Assembly (NCBI GenBank): GCA_048884965.1
Contig: JBHLQH010000004.1
Coordinates: 64,001 to 128,000, forward strand
Origin: Candidatus Thorarchaeota archaeon
GTDB taxonomy: Archaea; Asgardarchaeota; Thorarchaeia; Thorarchaeales; Thorarchaeaceae
Reading direction: 5' to 3'
Length of the DNA stretch: 64,000 bases
Shown: in pieces, positions 1-10,648 of the stretch
How positions within the stretch are numbered: position 1 is the stretch's first letter
How the letters are laid out: each line of letters starts with the position of its first letter
The notes under the pieces: model-generated
Told to the model about the DNA's origin: nothing
What the model saw: the letters and a program-made list of their open reading frames with translations, nothing else
Databases searched by the model: none
Position numbers and translations under genes: made by a program

Positions 1-1463
1 TACGTTGTGGGTGCGTAGGCTGCCACCATGTTAACTAGGTCAGGGCTGTAAGGGTTACCTGCTCCAGTATTGTAGTAGTTGAGCGTAAATGCAACATCTT
101 CACCAGTTAGTGGCATTCCATCAGACCAAGTCGCATTCTGAAGCATATTGAAAGTTATCCTCATATGTCCATCAATAATTGCTGGATTGTCGGCATGAGT
201 TTCCACTAGCCAAGACTCCGCGAGCCAAGGCATATCGCTACCATCAGGACCCAGAGTGATCAGAGGGTCTAGCAACATATCAAGAACTTGCTGGGTGTAG
301 CCAGATCCTGCTGCCATGTGGTTGAATGTATCTACATCCTCAGAGTTACTCCACACAAGAGTTCCACCAAATGGACCACCTAGTGAATCCTTCAGATGGA
401 CCTTCATATTTGTCCAGTAACCTGGGATACCATCAAGAACATCTTCTTGGAACCCTTCGAACTTATCAGTTCTGTATGGGTAGAGCTGAATGTTGTTGTA
501 GAGAATGATCTCTGGACACTCATAAACGAATATCTTCTGCATCTCAATTGCAGCCTCATAGACCTCCTCAAAGGTTGTACCTGTCTTCAATTGAGGAATC
601 CATGAATCATAAGTTGCATTGCGGAAATTGGGCAAGTTGAGGTAGGGTTCAGTTGCATAGGCAGAACCAAACTGGGTCTCTAGCCAATCAACATCCATTG
701 TATTGAAACTAGTACCGAGAAAGACGATATCATAATCACCGTGGAAGTACAAACGATTAAGATAGTCATAGAAGTCAGTTGCTTGAGAGTCCCCATCGAT
801 ATCTAGAGCTTCAAGTGCCTCTGCTAAAATCTCACCACATTGAATAGCGATAGCTGAAGTAGATGCACATTCAACAAGGATGTCAAAGTCGCTTCCATCA
901 GGAGCTTCTCGGATACCATCCTCATCAACATCCAGAAAGCCAGCATCATCAAGCAGTTGATTCCCGTAAACAACATTGGCTTCATAATAGGTATATGGCA
1001 GCTGTCCCTCTACTGAGTAAAGGTGACCTTCAGGAATGCAGCTGTCCAACGGTTGGGACAGACCATCCCATACGTCGTCAGATATTGCTTCCTTATCAAG
1101 TGCAAAAGCAATAGCACGTCTAAGCGCAGTAATGTTCAACGGATATTTGTCACAGTTGATCTCAACGTAACCATATCCCATTCTTGGTTTATGAAATACC
1201 TCGATATCCTCAGCTTCGACCAATGTTTCAAGAAACGCGGGATCAAGCTGATCATCGATCAAATCGATAGTGCCATCCTGAATAGCAATGACTCTCTGGT
1301 CTTCTTGAGTGATGACATCGAATACTATTTTGTCGATGTATGGACCACTCTTCGCATGACCTGGCACGGTTTGTGCAGCAACGAGAGCTGGGGAAACTGC
1401 CATTAAAAGAAAAGCAGTTACCAATGTCATTGCCAGGAGGCGCTTCTGTGTATTTGACAGCAT
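1..1463 (-). CDS. ABC transporter substrate-binding protein, family 5 (peptide/nickel); runs off the left edge
   Basis: Not in the ORF track because there is no stop in the window. Manual translation from the ATG at 1463 (GGAG upstream) gives MLSNTQKRLLAMTLVTAFLLMAVSPALVAAQ (signal peptide), then GPYIDKIVFDVI, YPLNITALRRAIAFALDKEAI and LLDDAGFLDVDEDGIREAPDG, typical SBP_bac_5 motifs. The same frame reads NMVAAYAPTT at the window edge. Confidence 0.85.
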   Translation of the reverse strand, partial: MLSNTQKRLLAMTLVTAFLLMAVSPALVAAQTVPGHAKSGPYIDKIVFDVITQEDQRVIAIQDGTIDLIDDQLDPAFLETLVEAEDIEVFHKPRMGYGYVEINCDKYPLNITALRRAIAFALDKEAISDDVWDGLSQPLDSCIPEGHLYSVEGQLPYTYYEANVVYGNQLLDDAGFLDVDEDGIREAPDGSDFDILVECASTSAIAIQCGEILAEALEALDIDGDSQATDFYDYLNRLYFHGDYDIVFLGTSFNTMDVDWLETQFGSAYATEPYLNLPNFRNATYDSWIPQLKTGTTFEEVYEAAIEMQKIFVYECPEIILYNNIQLYPYRTDKFEGFQEDVLDGIPGYWTNMKVHLKDSLGGPFGGTLVWSNSEDVDTFNHMAAGSGYTQQVLDMLLDPLITLGPDGSDMPWLAESWLVETHADNPAIIDGHMRITFNMLQNATWSDGMPLTGEDVAFTLNYYNTGAGNPYSPDLVNMVAAYAPTT

Positions 1464-1687
1464 TGTGTTTTTTCTCCATTCTCCGAGTCGAAGAGAGATG
1501 CGTTGCGGTGTGCAACACTTGTTATACACTCGAGAGTTTCGTTAATAGGGATGAATGCACTCCAAGCTATGTGTGAGAATGAGTATAGTGCTTTGCGTTC
1601 ATGGAAAGCGTCAGCAACCCGATTTGACTTATGAATACGGAATCAGCAATCTATATGTTGAAGTGTTTATCGCAAAGAAAGCTGGTA

Positions 1688-2755
1688 ATGACGATGGATT
1701 CCAGAATAGAAGAACATGCCAAGATAATAGTGGAATGGAGTACTGAGATCAAGAAAGGCGAGATGGTAGCAGTCGTTGCTAGTCCCCTATCTCACGACCT
1801 AGCTGTCGCGGTAACCAAGGAGATCGCGAAAGCGGGAGCACAGTCAATGACGTTAATGAATAGCGAGGAGATAACAAGGGCGTTCTTCGATGGCGCAAAT
1901 GATGAAACCCTCAGCACTGAGCCATCACATTTACGAGCTCTCACGGAGAAATGCGATGCTTACATAGTCATACGTTCACCAATGAATGTCACAGCACTAG
2001 CAAATGTTGATCCTCGGAAAATGCTTCTTCAGAATAAGGCAAACCAAGAGATTCAAGCTGTACGTCTATCGAAGAAATGGTGCCTAACAGTCCATCCCTG
2101 CCTTACATTAGCACAACAGGCTAATATGAGTATGAATGAGTACCAGGATTTTGTATATGGAGCTACTCTCATCGATTGGAAGGAGGAGAGCAAGAACCTA
2201 TTCTTGATGAAGGAACATCTGGAACGACACACCGATATCCGATACATTGGACCAGAAACTGACCTCTTTGCGAAAACTGAGGGAAGGATCTGGATAGCAT
2301 CAGATGGAAAACACAATCTACCTAGCGGCGAAGTCTTTACAGCCCCAGTCGAGGATTCAGTTGAGGGGAAAATATACTTCGATATCCCATTCTTGCAGCA
2401 AGGGAAAGTCATAGAGGGTGTCAGGTTGACTTTCGAAAAGGGGGAGGTAGTAGACTATTCAGCTGAAAAATCACAAGAAACCCTTCAGTCTATCATTGAA
2501 ACAGATGAGGGATCACGTAGGTTAGGAGAGATGGCGATTGGGACCAATAGAGGTATCAAACAATACACTCTCAATATGCTCTTTGATGAGAAGATCGGAG
2601 ACACCATCCACTGCGCCCTAGGTCGAGCCTACAAGGATTGCAACGGATTGAATGAATCAGCAATTCATGTTGATATGATTAAAACGATGATCGATGGTGA
2701 AATCATCGCAGGTGACGAGACTATCTACTCCAAGGGTAAGTACTTCTATGAATAG
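1688..2755 (+). CDS. M29 family (thermophilic metalloprotease, AmpS/AmpT-like) aminopeptidase
   Basis: NLPSGEVFTAP, RRLGEMAIG, LFDEKIGDTIHCALGRAY and NESAIHVDM motifs. Start moved to the ATG at 1688 (or 1694). Confidence 0.9.
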   Translation: MTMDSRIEEHAKIIVEWSTEIKKGEMVAVVASPLSHDLAVAVTKEIAKAGAQSMTLMNSEEITRAFFDGANDETLSTEPSHLRALTEKCDAYIVIRSPMNVTALANVDPRKMLLQNKANQEIQAVRLSKKWCLTVHPCLTLAQQANMSMNEYQDFVYGATLIDWKEESKNLFLMKEHLERHTDIRYIGPETDLFAKTEGRIWIASDGKHNLPSGEVFTAPVEDSVEGKIYFDIPFLQQGKVIEGVRLTFEKGEVVDYSAEKSQETLQSIIETDEGSRRLGEMAIGTNRGIKQYTLNMLFDEKIGDTIHCALGRAYKDCNGLNESAIHVDMIKTMIDGEIIAGDETIYSKGKYFYE

Positions 2756-2786
2756 GTTTCTAGAAGACAGCGGTAAATACACAAAT

Positions 2787-2809
2787 AGGAACGGAGAAAC
2801 ACCGTTCCT
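2787..2809. terminator. Hairpin between convergent genes (putative terminator)
   Basis: AGGAACGG-agaaaca-CCGTTCCT, a perfect 8-bp stem between two stop codons. Confidence 0.55.
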
Positions 2810-2829
2810 TATGCACTTTACATCTAGCC

Positions 2830-3867
2830 TTAGGACTTAGGTATGCATATTGTGAATTCCGATCCCCTGCATTCTTCCTTCTCAAATCTAGGCTTGAATT
2901 TGATTCTCCCACCATATTTCTTTGCGATTCTTACACTTTGGGTTATACCTATACCTCCAAAGCGTCGCTCTGAATCGAATAAAGTTCCAATAAGATGCTT
3001 GGGAATACCAGGACCATTGTCAGAAATGGCTATCTCGTATAATGAGCCACTTTTGGTAGCATGAACCCACAGTATCTTTGTTTTGGAAGGATTGTGTACA
3101 ACTCCATTCTCCAAGATGTTAATGAATAAATTCTCAAGAAACGCATCAGCCCTTACGATAGCATTTTGAATCTCGATTTTCAAATTGACTTGGACAGAGG
3201 GATGACGATATCGAAGGATTTTGACTGCTTGCATGAGGACATCCTCAAGGATGACATCATGTAAAGGGACATTCAGGAATCCACGTGTGGATTGGACCTT
3301 CTCAATGATTGTCCCTAGAGATCCTACTGAGTCGATGATAGCCTCGATAGCATCCAGTGACTCAGCTCCACTACAGGTATCACCGAGAATCTCAGCACCA
3401 AGAAGAGTTGCCTGAAGCCTATTCCTGAGATCATGTGCCATGATATCAAGAACTGCCTCAAGTTCCTCTTCAGCACGATATCTTGCAGAAACATCAGTCG
3501 CGATGTGAATCACTCGATCAAGTGTGCCGTCATCTGCGTAAATGGGAGTGCATGAAACCAAGTATGTTCCACCCAGCGCTTCGATGAGCATCTCATTGGT
3601 TTCTAGCTTCAGTGAGTCTTTGAGGGCAGTAAGTGGACAGCCACATGCAGGTTCGTCAGATTTATGGAATATTTCATGACAGAACTTTCCGTTCATTTCT
3701 TCCTCTGGACGATTCAAGGTGTTAACTGTGGCCTTATTGACTAGAAGAACCCTGTAGTCTTTATCAAGAATCATAATAGGATGCCCGATAGCCTGAAAGA
3801 TATTCTCCCATTCCTTGACATGGACATCATGAGTCTTTGTCAAACTAACCTCTCCTCCGAACAGCAA
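2830..3867 (-). CDS. PAS-domain sensor histidine kinase
   Basis: PAS domain with a Cys-rich insert (FCHEIFH..PACGCP), H-box MAHDLRN, N-box NILENGVVH, DNGPGI and GGIG. Confidence 0.85.
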   Translation of the reverse strand: MLFGGEVSLTKTHDVHVKEWENIFQAIGHPIMILDKDYRVLLVNKATVNTLNRPEEEMNGKFCHEIFHKSDEPACGCPLTALKDSLKLETNEMLIEALGGTYLVSCTPIYADDGTLDRVIHIATDVSARYRAEEELEAVLDIMAHDLRNRLQATLLGAEILGDTCSGAESLDAIEAIIDSVGSLGTIIEKVQSTRGFLNVPLHDVILEDVLMQAVKILRYRHPSVQVNLKIEIQNAIVRADAFLENLFINILENGVVHNPSKTKILWVHATKSGSLYEIAISDNGPGIPKHLIGTLFDSERRFGGIGITQSVRIAKKYGGRIKFKPRFEKEECRGSEFTICIPKS

Positions 3868-3942
3868 CCTTTCATGTATGACTCTTCATCCCTTTTGGCT
3901 TTTCCTAGGTAGAGAATGATGTGCGAATGTCTTTAAGGTACC

Positions 3943-4884
3943 ATGTTCGAGGTTGATGAAGAGGTTAGGTTAGTGACGACAATCAAGGGCTGCAATGATA
4001 CAGAAATCATCGTGACCTATCCAATCGTTGGAGCGATTTGGGGAGCAGAGGAGTTCCTAAGGAAGAAGATGCAAACCAAGGATTGGGACTCGATGAATGT
4101 CATTCAAGAAGCATTCATTTCTAAATTCCTAGCTAAATGCAAAAAGGAAGTTCCAACTGTCCGAGAAATCGAATGCATAGCGCATCTAGATGTCATGGTC
4201 GTCAATGAGTGGCTAAAGCGACATGGATTCTCAATATCACTGAACCCAACATCATCTGAGGGAATCTCCACTGCCAGCAAACTAGACTTGACAGGCTATT
4301 GGGCAAGCATTGGAAGAGTGAGTGAGGTCTACTGCGAAGATGGAACGAATTATCCGGGTGTCAAAATGGATTCAGGTTATACCTTCTTCAAAACTGATGG
4401 GATTGAGAATCCAATTGTTAGGATTAAGACTGAGGCAGATGATGAAGTCTATGTGCTCATGATTGACAAGGCCCCAATCGGATTCGCGATGGTGGACTTC
4501 ATCGAAGACATACAGTCAAAGATGAAGCAAACAATGATTGATCATTCTGAACTCATCTTTCCTATGATAGATTTGGATATTGAGAAATCTCTTGATTGGA
4601 TACTTGGGATGCGGTTGAATGTTGATAGTCCAAGTGCATCATTCTACGAAATTGCCCAAGCTCTTCAACAAATAAAATTGAAGATGAATGAGAAGGGATT
4701 TCGAGTAAAGAGCGCTGCTGCGATACAGATGATCTTAGGTTCCGCACTATTCGAGAAAGCAGAACCATACATCGTTGATAGACCCTTTCTGATGTGGATT
4801 CGCAGACCTTCTCTTTCAAAGCCACTGCTTGTTGGATATTTCAACAGAGATGTTTGGAAGAATCCTGAAGGTCTTGATATGTAG
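3943..4884 (+). CDS. Divergent serpin-like protein
   Basis: C-terminal LKMNEKGFRVKSAAAI...YIVDRPFLMWIR...PLLVGY resembles the serpin hinge/RCL and the F-x-x-DRPF signature; the upstream LIFPMIDL resembles the serpin lPkF strand. Confidence 0.55.
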   Translation: MFEVDEEVRLVTTIKGCNDTEIIVTYPIVGAIWGAEEFLRKKMQTKDWDSMNVIQEAFISKFLAKCKKEVPTVREIECIAHLDVMVVNEWLKRHGFSISLNPTSSEGISTASKLDLTGYWASIGRVSEVYCEDGTNYPGVKMDSGYTFFKTDGIENPIVRIKTEADDEVYVLMIDKAPIGFAMVDFIEDIQSKMKQTMIDHSELIFPMIDLDIEKSLDWILGMRLNVDSPSASFYEIAQALQQIKLKMNEKGFRVKSAAAIQMILGSALFEKAEPYIVDRPFLMWIRRPSLSKPLLVGYFNRDVWKNPEGLDM

Positions 4885-4964
4885 GTCAAAGATATATCGG
4901 CTCACGAAAGGCTTATTCATACAACACGAGAAGAGTTACTATCCACGTCAATCGAGGGACTCAT

Positions 4965-5369
4965 ATGTGCTATGCTAATGCTGACAATGAAGGAAATCCC
5001 GTGGGGATGATGGCCGGAATTTGTATCATGATGTTGTCGTTCTTTGGTGGGTTCCTCTTCATGATTGACAACATTGACAACTTGGGTGTCGGAGGTATCC
5101 TATTCTTCCTCATGGTCGTTCCAATGTTAGGATTCTTTATTGGATTCGTTGTGATCTATAAAACTAACAAGAATATCTTCCCTACTACTGGGATGTTCCG
5201 TCCGACAAGATCAACCAGTCATGAAGTCAGCTATGTCTATGAACCTCCCGAAAAATGTCCCAATTGCAAGGGAATACTGAGTGCGGAAACAATCGAATGG
5301 GTGGGGCCATTAACTGCAAAGTGTCCCTATTGTGGGAGCTCGGTAAAAACTGAAAAGCGGAGAGTATGA
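4965..5369 (+). CDS. Two-TM membrane protein with C-terminal zinc ribbon
   Basis: Two hydrophobic helices followed by CPNC-x16-CPYC. Confidence 0.7.
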   Translation: MCYANADNEGNPVGMMAGICIMMLSFFGGFLFMIDNIDNLGVGGILFFLMVVPMLGFFIGFVVIYKTNKNIFPTTGMFRPTRSTSHEVSYVYEPPEKCPNCKGILSAETIEWVGPLTAKCPYCGSSVKTEKRRV

Positions 5370-5633
5370 CCCTCACGAGTTTACTGAGATTATGCACAGT
5401 TTCGAAAATAATTACACGACTGCCTTTTATTAGCCACAAGTTCGATATATTAGAATCACGTTCGATTATGTGTAATTCTGAATTCGAGGAGAGATTATCT
5501 AGGAACCTTATGTATGAATTGATGGTACAATAGTCAAGATATTTACCATCTTATTTGATGATAATCTCACGAATGGGATGCTTGGGCACCACCTTTGCAG
5601 AGGATGAGAGGTGCGAACGTGAAGAGAGCTTGC

Positions 5634-7868
5634 ATGAGAAACCAAGTAGCATTAGTAGTGCTACTAATATTTGTCCTTGGCGTAGGTGTATCCCTGACAA
5701 TTGCGCATCCACTAAAATCCAGCTCATCATATATTAGTCCGGATTCAAAGGATACTCAAAGGGCGAAGCCAGCAGTTGCTGTGTCTTATGTCGATCATGG
5801 TCCGATAGTTGTTCAGGATAATGAGGATTTCGAAGATGGTGATTGGGAAGGAGACGGCTCCAAGTTTTCGCCCTATACAATAAGTGGTTTCAAGTTCAAT
5901 ACTACGGGGATTGCTATTTTCATTGAAAAGACGACTGCCTTTTTCAAAATAAGTGATTGCCTTTTCGTTGGAGGCTGTACAACTACTGGAATATATCTTG
6001 ACTCTCTTGAGAATGGTACTGTTGAGAACAGCTTCTTCACAGGAATAGGTTTTGGGTTAAGAAGCGATAAGGCAGATAGCATTCTCGTGAATGGGTCCTC
6101 ATTCTCTGAATGCCACACCGGTCTCGAACTAGAAAAGACCAATAACACAACTATCATCTCATCAACATTCGTATCAATGACGACAGCTATTAGCATATCA
6201 AAATGTGACTCAGTTCAAATCGAGTCTTGCATATTTGGGGACAATGAATATGGTGTACATCTTGTGAAAGGAAATGAAATTTCGATAATAGATAGCATCT
6301 ATGATGAAGGTAAAATCGGATTTCTTTCAGAAGATAGCGAGGATGTGTTTGCTAACAAGTCTGTTTTCTCTAGTTTGCTTTATGGTATCTTTCTCTCAGA
6401 TACTGAAAGATCAGACATCCTGAATAGTGATTTCGTAGGGTGCAGCTATGGCATCTATGTGCTAAATTGTGATGAAGCCAACATTAGAAGTAATCAGATT
6501 TCGAATGACGATTATGGAGTGTATCTTACTTCAGCTGACTTGTTCAATGTGACTTCTAATCATATTGAGAACTGTGGTTATGATGGTGTGAATGTAAGAA
6601 CCACTGACAATGGGCTGATTAAAGGCAATATCATCGAAAACAATGATAGGTACGGCATTCGTTTGCTCTCATCAGACGACATTATAATATATGGAAACGA
6701 GATTGGATGGAACGACGAAGAGAATGCGATTGATTTGATAGGAACATTACCATTTATTCCAACGAATCAATGGCATGATAATTCCAGCCTTGGCAACGGG
6801 TACAGTGACTACACCGGAACAAGTACATACGTTATCCCCGGTACTGTTGCCAGTGTCGATAAGTATCCAAAGCACATTCTATATGTATCATCACCAAGCG
6901 ATGTCGCTATTGAGCTCGGAGAGAGTATGATACTTGAGTGGGACTCATCCGCCGTCAATCCCGATAGTTATCGCATTACTCGTGATTCTACAATACTTAG
7001 AGAAGATGATTGGGTTTCACCATCCATCTCGATAGAGATACCAGACAACCTCACTCCAGGTATCTATCATTACACCATCTGGCTAAATACAACCAGCAAT
7101 CGTGTAATAATGGATTCAGTTCAGATTGTTATTAGCGATACGACAAGCCCTGTATGGATAGAAACCCCATCTGATCAATCTATAGAATCTGGAGATGATT
7201 TCTCCTATCTCCTCCAAGCGACTGACCTAGGCGGAATTGCGTTCTATTGGGTCAATGATACTACTCACTTTTCTATCGCTGATAATCTACTTGAAAGTGT
7301 TGGAATACTACCCTTATCTCGCTACCCGATAGAAGTGAGAGCATATGATCCAGATGATAACTATTGCACATCCATCCTAATCGTTTCGGTTACTGATTCC
7401 ATTCTTCCAGAGTTGTCGCATCCTGAAGATCTCGAATATGAATATGGAGCTTCTGAGAATTACATTGAATGGACTTTCTCTGATGAGAATCCAAATTACT
7501 ACAAAGTCTATCTGAACGATGAGTTGCGACAACAAGGAAATTGGAATGAGTCGTCTGATTCAGTTAGAGTCAATGTAGATGGTCTCTCATTAGGAGAGCA
7601 TGTCTTCCGTATAATCATCTTTGACATGGGCAACAACTCTGTATCTGATGAGGTTACGGTTATGGTGGTTGAAGCGACCACCACAACTACAACTGAAACC
7701 TCAACATCAACAACTGATTCTACAGGATCAAATACGAGCCCATCATCAACGGAAGTACCTGGCCCAGACCCGCTTCTGATTCCAGTCCTGATTCTTGGGG
7801 CAGGAATAGCTACTACTTTGGTCTTGTTTGTTCTCTTTTCGAAAAGGGAGATCCTATCAAGGGGGTAG
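5634..7868 (+). CDS. Cell-surface protein with right-handed beta-helix (NosD/pectin-lyase-like) repeats, Ig-like domains, Thr/Ser linker and C-terminal TM anchor
   Basis: Signal peptide, repeated xGIxLxxSxxxxIxxNxF units, DTTSP/DSILP Ig-domain boundaries, TTTTTTETSTST linker, TM helix with basic tail. Start set at the ATG at 5634. Confidence 0.8.
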   Translation: MRNQVALVVLLIFVLGVGVSLTIAHPLKSSSSYISPDSKDTQRAKPAVAVSYVDHGPIVVQDNEDFEDGDWEGDGSKFSPYTISGFKFNTTGIAIFIEKTTAFFKISDCLFVGGCTTTGIYLDSLENGTVENSFFTGIGFGLRSDKADSILVNGSSFSECHTGLELEKTNNTTIISSTFVSMTTAISISKCDSVQIESCIFGDNEYGVHLVKGNEISIIDSIYDEGKIGFLSEDSEDVFANKSVFSSLLYGIFLSDTERSDILNSDFVGCSYGIYVLNCDEANIRSNQISNDDYGVYLTSADLFNVTSNHIENCGYDGVNVRTTDNGLIKGNIIENNDRYGIRLLSSDDIIIYGNEIGWNDEENAIDLIGTLPFIPTNQWHDNSSLGNGYSDYTGTSTYVIPGTVASVDKYPKHILYVSSPSDVAIELGESMILEWDSSAVNPDSYRITRDSTILREDDWVSPSISIEIPDNLTPGIYHYTIWLNTTSNRVIMDSVQIVISDTTSPVWIETPSDQSIESGDDFSYLLQATDLGGIAFYWVNDTTHFSIADNLLESVGILPLSRYPIEVRAYDPDDNYCTSILIVSVTDSILPELSHPEDLEYEYGASENYIEWTFSDENPNYYKVYLNDELRQQGNWNESSDSVRVNVDGLSLGEHVFRIIIFDMGNNSVSDEVTVMVVEATTTTTTETSTSTTDSTGSNTSPSSTEVPGPDPLLIPVLILGAGIATTLVLFVLFSKREILSRG

Positions 7869-7957
7869 TTTGCTATTGCTGGCAAGACGATAGTCTTTTT
7901 ACTCACGAGTAGATTGAGGTTCCGAATTCATGCGTTGAAGGCAATGTGAGAAGGAAA

Positions 7958-8548
7958 ATGTCGAAGCGTATCTATACAAGAAAAGGAGACAAAGGTAAAA
8001 CAGGACTATTATCAGGAGAACGAGTAGACAAGGATCATCCAAGAGTTGAAGCATATGGCACAGTGGATGAGCTCATAGCTAGTATGGGTGTAGCAAAAGT
8101 TCATTCGAGCGAGCGCATTGCAAATCACATCCACTCTATTCAGCAAATCCTATTCTATATTGCCGCAGAGCTGGCAACCAATGTAGAAGCGGTTCAATCG
8201 CCAGATGATCCAATCCTCAAGTTGAAGAGAGTGACAGAGAATGATGTAGTTGAACTTGAGAGAATTGCTGATGAGCTCGTTGAAGAACTCCCTCTACTGA
8301 AGAATTTTGTAATTCCCGGAGGTACCAAAGGAGCCTCGTTCCTGCATGTTGCAAGGACGGTGTGTAGAAGAGCAGAACGTAGGATCATTTCATTCTCAGA
8401 AGAGAACCCAGTAAATCCCGAAATAATCAGATTTGTCAACAGGTTATCGGACCTTCTATTTGTGATGTCGCGATATGAGAACCTCGAAGAAGGGGATGGA
8501 GATAATGTCATCTCAAGAGAAGGAGTAAGACGACAAACACTTGAATGA
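7958..8548 (+). CDS. pduO: PduO-type ATP:cob(I)alamin adenosyltransferase
   Basis: IYTRKGDKGKTGL, RVEAYGTVDEL, FVIPGG, LHVARTVCRRAER and NRLSDLLF motifs. Confidence 0.93.
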   Translation: MSKRIYTRKGDKGKTGLLSGERVDKDHPRVEAYGTVDELIASMGVAKVHSSERIANHIHSIQQILFYIAAELATNVEAVQSPDDPILKLKRVTENDVVELERIADELVEELPLLKNFVIPGGTKGASFLHVARTVCRRAERRIISFSEENPVNPEIIRFVNRLSDLLFVMSRYENLEEGDGDNVISREGVRRQTLE

Positions 8549-8550
8549 AA

Positions 8551-10155
8551 TCAATCCCTCTTGGAGCAACATCGGATCGCGAGAAACCGTAGATAGCTTC
8601 TCAATTCGTCGGAGAGATGAGAGGCAGTCCAATCCGGACAGTTTTCCTCATCAACCTTCAGCGAGTCTATGCCCACCTTTCTTAGGTGATAACGAATCTT
8701 TAGAAGACCATTATCATCAGTTACCAGTCCGATACCTAATGCACTCAAAATCTCCTGACCATATACAGTAAACCATAATGCTTCTGTATCATACACACCA
8801 TTATTCTTTATCACGTGCACACATTCAATCTCAGCTCGTCTTAGTTCGATAGTCTTGGGAGCCAATACTGCAAGAACTGGCATCGAACGTACGAGATCAA
8901 GATCAATAAAATGGGTAGAACCACCATTTCGAACCTGCTGCACAAGGGCCGTTGATAGTTCCTCGCTCAGTAGATATCTTGCTTCGTCATAAGAGGCATC
9001 ATCGCCAATATGACGAGCTATCTCAAGAGGATCACCATCAAATCCAGCTAGATGGTTTAGATTGAAGTACTCAATGAAGGATACCCGTAGGTGATACCTC
9101 GCGAGCGGATTCAACTTCTGATTGAGATCACTGTAAAGTTCTCGTACATATTCAAATCCCTTGTCTTCCATTAAATCTTGGAGATTTGCTGTAGTAACCC
9201 GATTGCGTACTGATTCGAGTCCCTGAGACCATAATAATGAACTAAAGGGAAGCACACCAAATGAGTTTCTTGGGGCCATATTGAGATCGACTAGATGAGG
9301 TAATCCAAAAAGAGGCCAGATATCAAGGGAATTGGAATCAATTCCGGAGATATTGATGGATTCAATGGCTTCACATTTCATGAGAGGATACAGGTCAAGA
9401 TTGGTAATCTTGTTCTGAGAGATTCCTAAAGAAACCAGCTCTTTGCAGAATCTAAGATAAGAAAGATCTAGTTCTTGGACCTGTGTCCAATCCATCAGAA
9501 GTGAATGCAGATTCGGTGAAGTAGATAGGAAGCTAAGATCTATTGATGAGAGAGGATTCTCATTGACATTGAATACTTTGAGTACGAATTTGTTCTTGAG
9601 AGGCTGCGTATCAATCTCACGAATCCAGTTCTTAGATATATCAAAGCTTTCGAGAGCATCGGCATTGGTCAAGGGAGAAGGGTCAAGAGCATCAAGCTGA
9701 TTGTTGCTTAAGTTCAACTGACGAAGCATTGTACAATCTGTCAACGAGGAGAGATTTATTGAATGAATATGATTGTAAGAAACGTCCAAGACCTCTAGGT
9801 CACTACACCGGTCTATTGAACCTAGTTTTAATCCCTTCAAGAGATTCCTATTCAGTCGTAATTCTCTAAGGGTTTCATTGAATCTTAGAAGAGACAAGTC
9901 AAGATGGAGTAGTTTGTTATTGGAGATATCGAGATATTGAATATTCTTCAGGATAGAAAGATCAGAGATATCAATACGCTCTAAACGATTCTGACTCAGT
10001 TTCAGAGTACGTAAATTATCTAATTCGCCAATCTGAGATAGATCGATTTCAAAGATATTTAGACCTGAAAGGTCTACAGTCTCAGTATCCACTGGATAGG
10101 AAGCAGTTTCCTTTTTTCGAGTGAATCTGAAGAAATCGATATCAATGCTATTCAT
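8551..10155 (-). CDS. Leucine-rich repeat protein with unknown C-terminal domain
   Basis: About 11-12 repeats of LxxLxLSxNxLxxIDL (~24 aa period) in the N-terminal 290 aa. Confidence 0.88.
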   Translation of the reverse strand: MNSIDIDFFRFTRKKETASYPVDTETVDLSGLNIFEIDLSQIGELDNLRTLKLSQNRLERIDISDLSILKNIQYLDISNNKLLHLDLSLLRFNETLRELRLNRNLLKGLKLGSIDRCSDLEVLDVSYNHIHSINLSSLTDCTMLRQLNLSNNQLDALDPSPLTNADALESFDISKNWIREIDTQPLKNKFVLKVFNVNENPLSSIDLSFLSTSPNLHSLLMDWTQVQELDLSYLRFCKELVSLGISQNKITNLDLYPLMKCEAIESINISGIDSNSLDIWPLFGLPHLVDLNMAPRNSFGVLPFSSLLWSQGLESVRNRVTTANLQDLMEDKGFEYVRELYSDLNQKLNPLARYHLRVSFIEYFNLNHLAGFDGDPLEIARHIGDDASYDEARYLLSEELSTALVQQVRNGGSTHFIDLDLVRSMPVLAVLAPKTIELRRAEIECVHVIKNNGVYDTEALWFTVYGQEILSALGIGLVTDDNGLLKIRYHLRKVGIDSLKVDEENCPDWTASHLSDELRSYLRFLAIRCCSKRD

Positions 10156-10357
10156 GGTCCAGAGCTCTATGAGACTTATTAGCTCCTAGATTTCATCCGA
10201 TGCTAAAGAATCTTCTACTACTGCCAAAATACTGACCTGATGGATAATATTCAAAGAATAGCTGAAATCGTGATGGAAGGAGTCGCACATCACCAAGTAT
10301 GGAAAAACCACTAGAATTCAATGGAATCATATCTGATTGGTCAAGAGGGTAATCTTT

Positions 10358-10648
10358 TCAGGGTCTCCAACCCAAACCAGCTGGGGGAGTCCTAATGACG
10401 GAATCAAGCCCATACTCCGCTAATACAGATTTGCCACGTTCCGAGTTCATTACATATAGTGGCTTTCTCATATCAGCAAGATTGGGTACCTTCTTGCATA
10501 TCTTCGTTTCAGTAAGATGACTTAGGGCAAGGGTAACGGTCCTAGGAGATAGCTCCACTCTATCACATATCTCATGCGGACTAATTGGGCCATGGGCAGC
10601 AACGACTTGTAATACGGTCAGAATCCCAGCTGAAATTTGACTAGCCAA
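10358..10648 (-). CDS. Small archaeal winged-helix DNA-binding protein
   Basis: GPISPHEICDRVELSPRTVTLALSHL HTH and PNLADMRKPLY wing; TTG start. Confidence 0.7.
   Translation of the reverse strand: MASQISAGILTVLQVVAAHGPISPHEICDRVELSPRTVTLALSHLTETKICKKVPNLADMRKPLYVMNSERGKSVLAEYGLDSVIRTPPAGLGWRP

Noticed and set aside
326-1576. Short ORFs listed in the track over the first 1.5 kb
   Set aside because: They are shadows of the minus-strand substrate-binding protein gene (1-1463).
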